A DNA stretch of 64,000 nucleotides, taken from positions 6,944,001 to 7,008,000 of the forward strand of contig OU015566.1 in the NCBI GenBank assembly GCA_907165135.1. The letters are read 5' to 3'. The position numbers and the translations under genes are program-made. Below the pieces are notes generated by a model. It saw only the letters and a program-made list of their open reading frames with translations. It made no database searches and had not been told where the DNA came from. Below are positions 61,508 to 64,000 of the stretch, piece by piece. This DNA is from Oikopleura dioica. Lineage: Eukaryota; Animalia; Chordata. Positions within the stretch are counted from its first letter, which is position 1, and the number at the start of each line of letters is the position of its first letter.

Positions 61508-62985
61508 TCAGGAATAGCAGAAATCGTTGAAAACGGATGGTGGCACTTGAAGTTGGTGAGGCGCGTGCTGCATTAGGGTCAGTTGTAGAATCTCGCAGTT
61601 GGCCGTGACTTGAGCATCGCTCAGTTCAGGCATCAGCATTTTTGCACCGAGCATTGATGCAGCTACTTGCAACGCACATCGAGAGCGCATGCTGAAAGGA
61701 AAAGTCAAAACTAGATCATTATTTTGCACTTCTTACCTTGGAGAAAGCGAACTAAACGCAACCGAAACGCATCCGTGCATGAGGCAGTAGCGTGCAACTG
61801 CTTGATGTCGTATAATCTCCATTGCGTTCTCCGCCCGAAAGTTGATCTTGGCGAGTAAAAAGCCGATGTGGAAGTCGAGGAATGTATGCGAGGTCGGCAT
61901 CTCGATTCGCCAGTCGAGGATCACCAGAATATGCTTTTCGTATTTTTTGAGTTCTTCTGCGTTGTAAACGAACTAAAGTAGAATGATGATGAGAGGCAAA
62001 ATCATCGAAATTTACCTCGCAAAGATGCAGAAGATCCTTAATTTCCGGCGGATCGTAGAGGAGTTTCTTAGAAGCAAGCAAAAAGCACGTGATTCCAAGC
62101 AATTGGAAGTCGGATCTGGCCACTGGCTCCTTGCTCAGAACTGTATCGACCAATGCGATGCACAGATACATCACTTCTTTGTGCATGCACTGAAAAAAAT
62201 TTCCAGAACAGACTTTGATCAGCCAGTCGACGAGTTTGTATCGGTCTTGGTCGGTGATTTCCATCTGGATTTGGAGGATATTCGGCCTGAAAACTGTTAC
62301 AGAAAATTCCATGATGAATGAAGTCTTACCTGTGAGTCTCCTTCTCATGCTGGAGAAGATTCATGTAGTATTCTTTGGCCGAATATTCATTGGACCATGA
62401 TTTTGCGCACTTTATACTTTCTTGGTTCACTAAAAATCGGATGAGAGGTCTAATGTGTGAATTAACTTACCGATTTCTTGAATAGATCTAATGGAAGGGC
62501 CAAAAACTGGAAGATGGTTTTGCGGAAAGACAGGATAAGGGGAATAAAGCGGGAATGCGTAGGAAGCTTGTGTAGGTAACGGTTGAAAGTTGCGGAAATG
62601 CTCGCCGGGCGGTAGTAAAGCGGGCTGAATAGGTGCTGCAGCTGGCGCCTGAGCTTGATTGAAAACGGCGCCCGACTCGGTGAAATGCACGTGCGTCGGT
62701 AAAGGCGCTGGGGGAGCCTAAACAGTGGCCGTTGCGATTTCAGGGATGAAGATCTTGATAACTAGGCGGTTTACGTACCGAAAATGAGGTATCTTCATCG
62801 ATAAAGCCCGACTCGTCTAACCGCGAATCTCGTCGATACGAGCTTTTTCTTCCATTGATATCTGAAAAAAGTCTGCTAGTCAACCGGTATTAAAATTCTT
62901 TGTTAAATGACTATAGGTTGTCTTTTTTCTCAAACTTACCTTTATCAAATGAAAAATCATCACTAAGAAACTCACTGGCAACCAT
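61508..62985 (-). CDS. CCNO: Cyclin O-like
   Basis: EITDQDRYKLVDWLIKV, PVARSDFQLLGITCFLLASK..PPEIKDLLHLC, EKHILVILDWRIEMPT..FL; closest to the cyclin O box I recall ([30 protein letters not shown]). Confidence 0.72.
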
Positions 62986-64000
62986 GAAAAATTCTTTGAG
63001 AAAACATGCTTAGCAAATTCTTCTTTCAAAAATATATACTAGAAAATCCCAAAAGAACGCATTTGAAATCAGGTAACCTATTAAAAATTTATGATGTGGT
63101 CATATTTTCAAATAAAAATAAATGATTCCAAGATGAAGATCAGTCTTTAGGACGAGAATAATGCTCAAAAACATAAAAACAGTGCCTATCAGAATGGAAA
63201 AATCTCTGGTCGATGGAGATTTGAGTGCTTATTTAGGACTTTTCCTCCTTGATTCCACGAAAGTTTCAACACTTCCTTAGAATGGAAGCCAGTTCTTGTG
63301 AAATGAAAATATCTAGGAACGCTCAAACTCACTGGATCTTTGACTGAAAGACCTTGTATTCTACAAACCTCTGAGATTGTAGCGATGGCCGGAAATACTC
63401 TCATTCTGCTTTGCTGTTTCAGAATCGTCAAAGGCGTTTGTCAAAAGCCCTCGCGACTTGGAAAAACTATTTGGTATGTTGACTGGCTGGGACATAAAAA
63501 ATAATGACTGGGAGAAATATTTTTTGCCAGCGCGAATTTATCGAAAATTTGAAAAACAAAATGCTCAATCGTGCCCTCTCTAAAACGATGCATACAATCT
63601 CAGAGAGGCACGAAAGAGCAGATAACGAGGTCACAGCAGGTTCGACCTCGTGGTCGAAAAATATTTTCAAGCTGATTGAAGGGACTTTTGAGCTTCAAGT
63701 GGGCGGGGAAATTTAGATATGTTTTATTTTGTTTACAGTGAAAACTTAATTTATTTGCCTATTGTAAAAATCAAGCCGACTTGAAGTGAAAAGAAGCCGT
63801 TTTAATTTCACTTCTAGATGTATCATCAAAATACTTCACTTCAAGATTCATATTTTTCATGAGTTTATGTGCCAGACTGGTTTAGTTATCAAATCTGTGT
63901 GAACGAGTCTTTCAAAAAAGATATAATGCTTTTTGCATTTTTATTTTTTTCAGAGTGAATAGAGAATGAATCATCAATGGGGTTGCGCCAGTGGGAAAAT

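Noticed and set aside
63189-63716. Short ORFs at the window end
   Set aside because: No homology or coherent gene model; cannot be supported.
1-64000. tRNA, rRNA, snRNA or SL RNA genes
   Set aside because: No cloverleaf with a T-loop GTTCGA in context, and no rRNA or SL-like sequence recognised.

Overview
Compact, AT-rich eukaryotic (animal) genomic DNA with many 35-60 bp introns, probable non-canonical GA/GC/GG donors, and same-strand genes packed 40-300 bp apart with AG acceptors just before the ATG. This fits a larvacean tunicate such as Oikopleura dioica (inference, not verified). Gene identities come from motif recognition by eye, not database searches. A minus-strand block (30.4 kb to 0) holds DYM, SMG5, EIF3F, THOC5, RRAGA, ATG101, SUCLG2, MINPP1, PSMD4, EEF1AKMT2, CIAO2B, TUBG1 and a selenophosphate synthetase-like gene. 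A plus-strand block (31-39.4 kb) holds an orphan ORF, a stand-alone MOCS1A, CAP, MSRA and NDUFB11-like. An ~11 kb gene-poor, MITE-rich interval follows, then a large BAHD1-like gene carrying an intact-looking intronic Kolobok transposon, and a convergent cyclin O-like gene. Highlights: (1) the SEPHS homolog has lost three of four metal-binding Asp residues and the catalytic Lys, so it is a likely pseudoenzyme; (2) a hAT-type MITE with an 8-bp TSD sits in one of its coding exons and can be removed in frame by an all-canonical splice route; (3) CAP has duplicated, apparently mutually exclusive poly-Pro/WH2 exons; (4) antisense ORFs are nested in introns, one with a chromo-like C-terminus; (5) the Kolobok transposase has an in-frame minisatellite intron.
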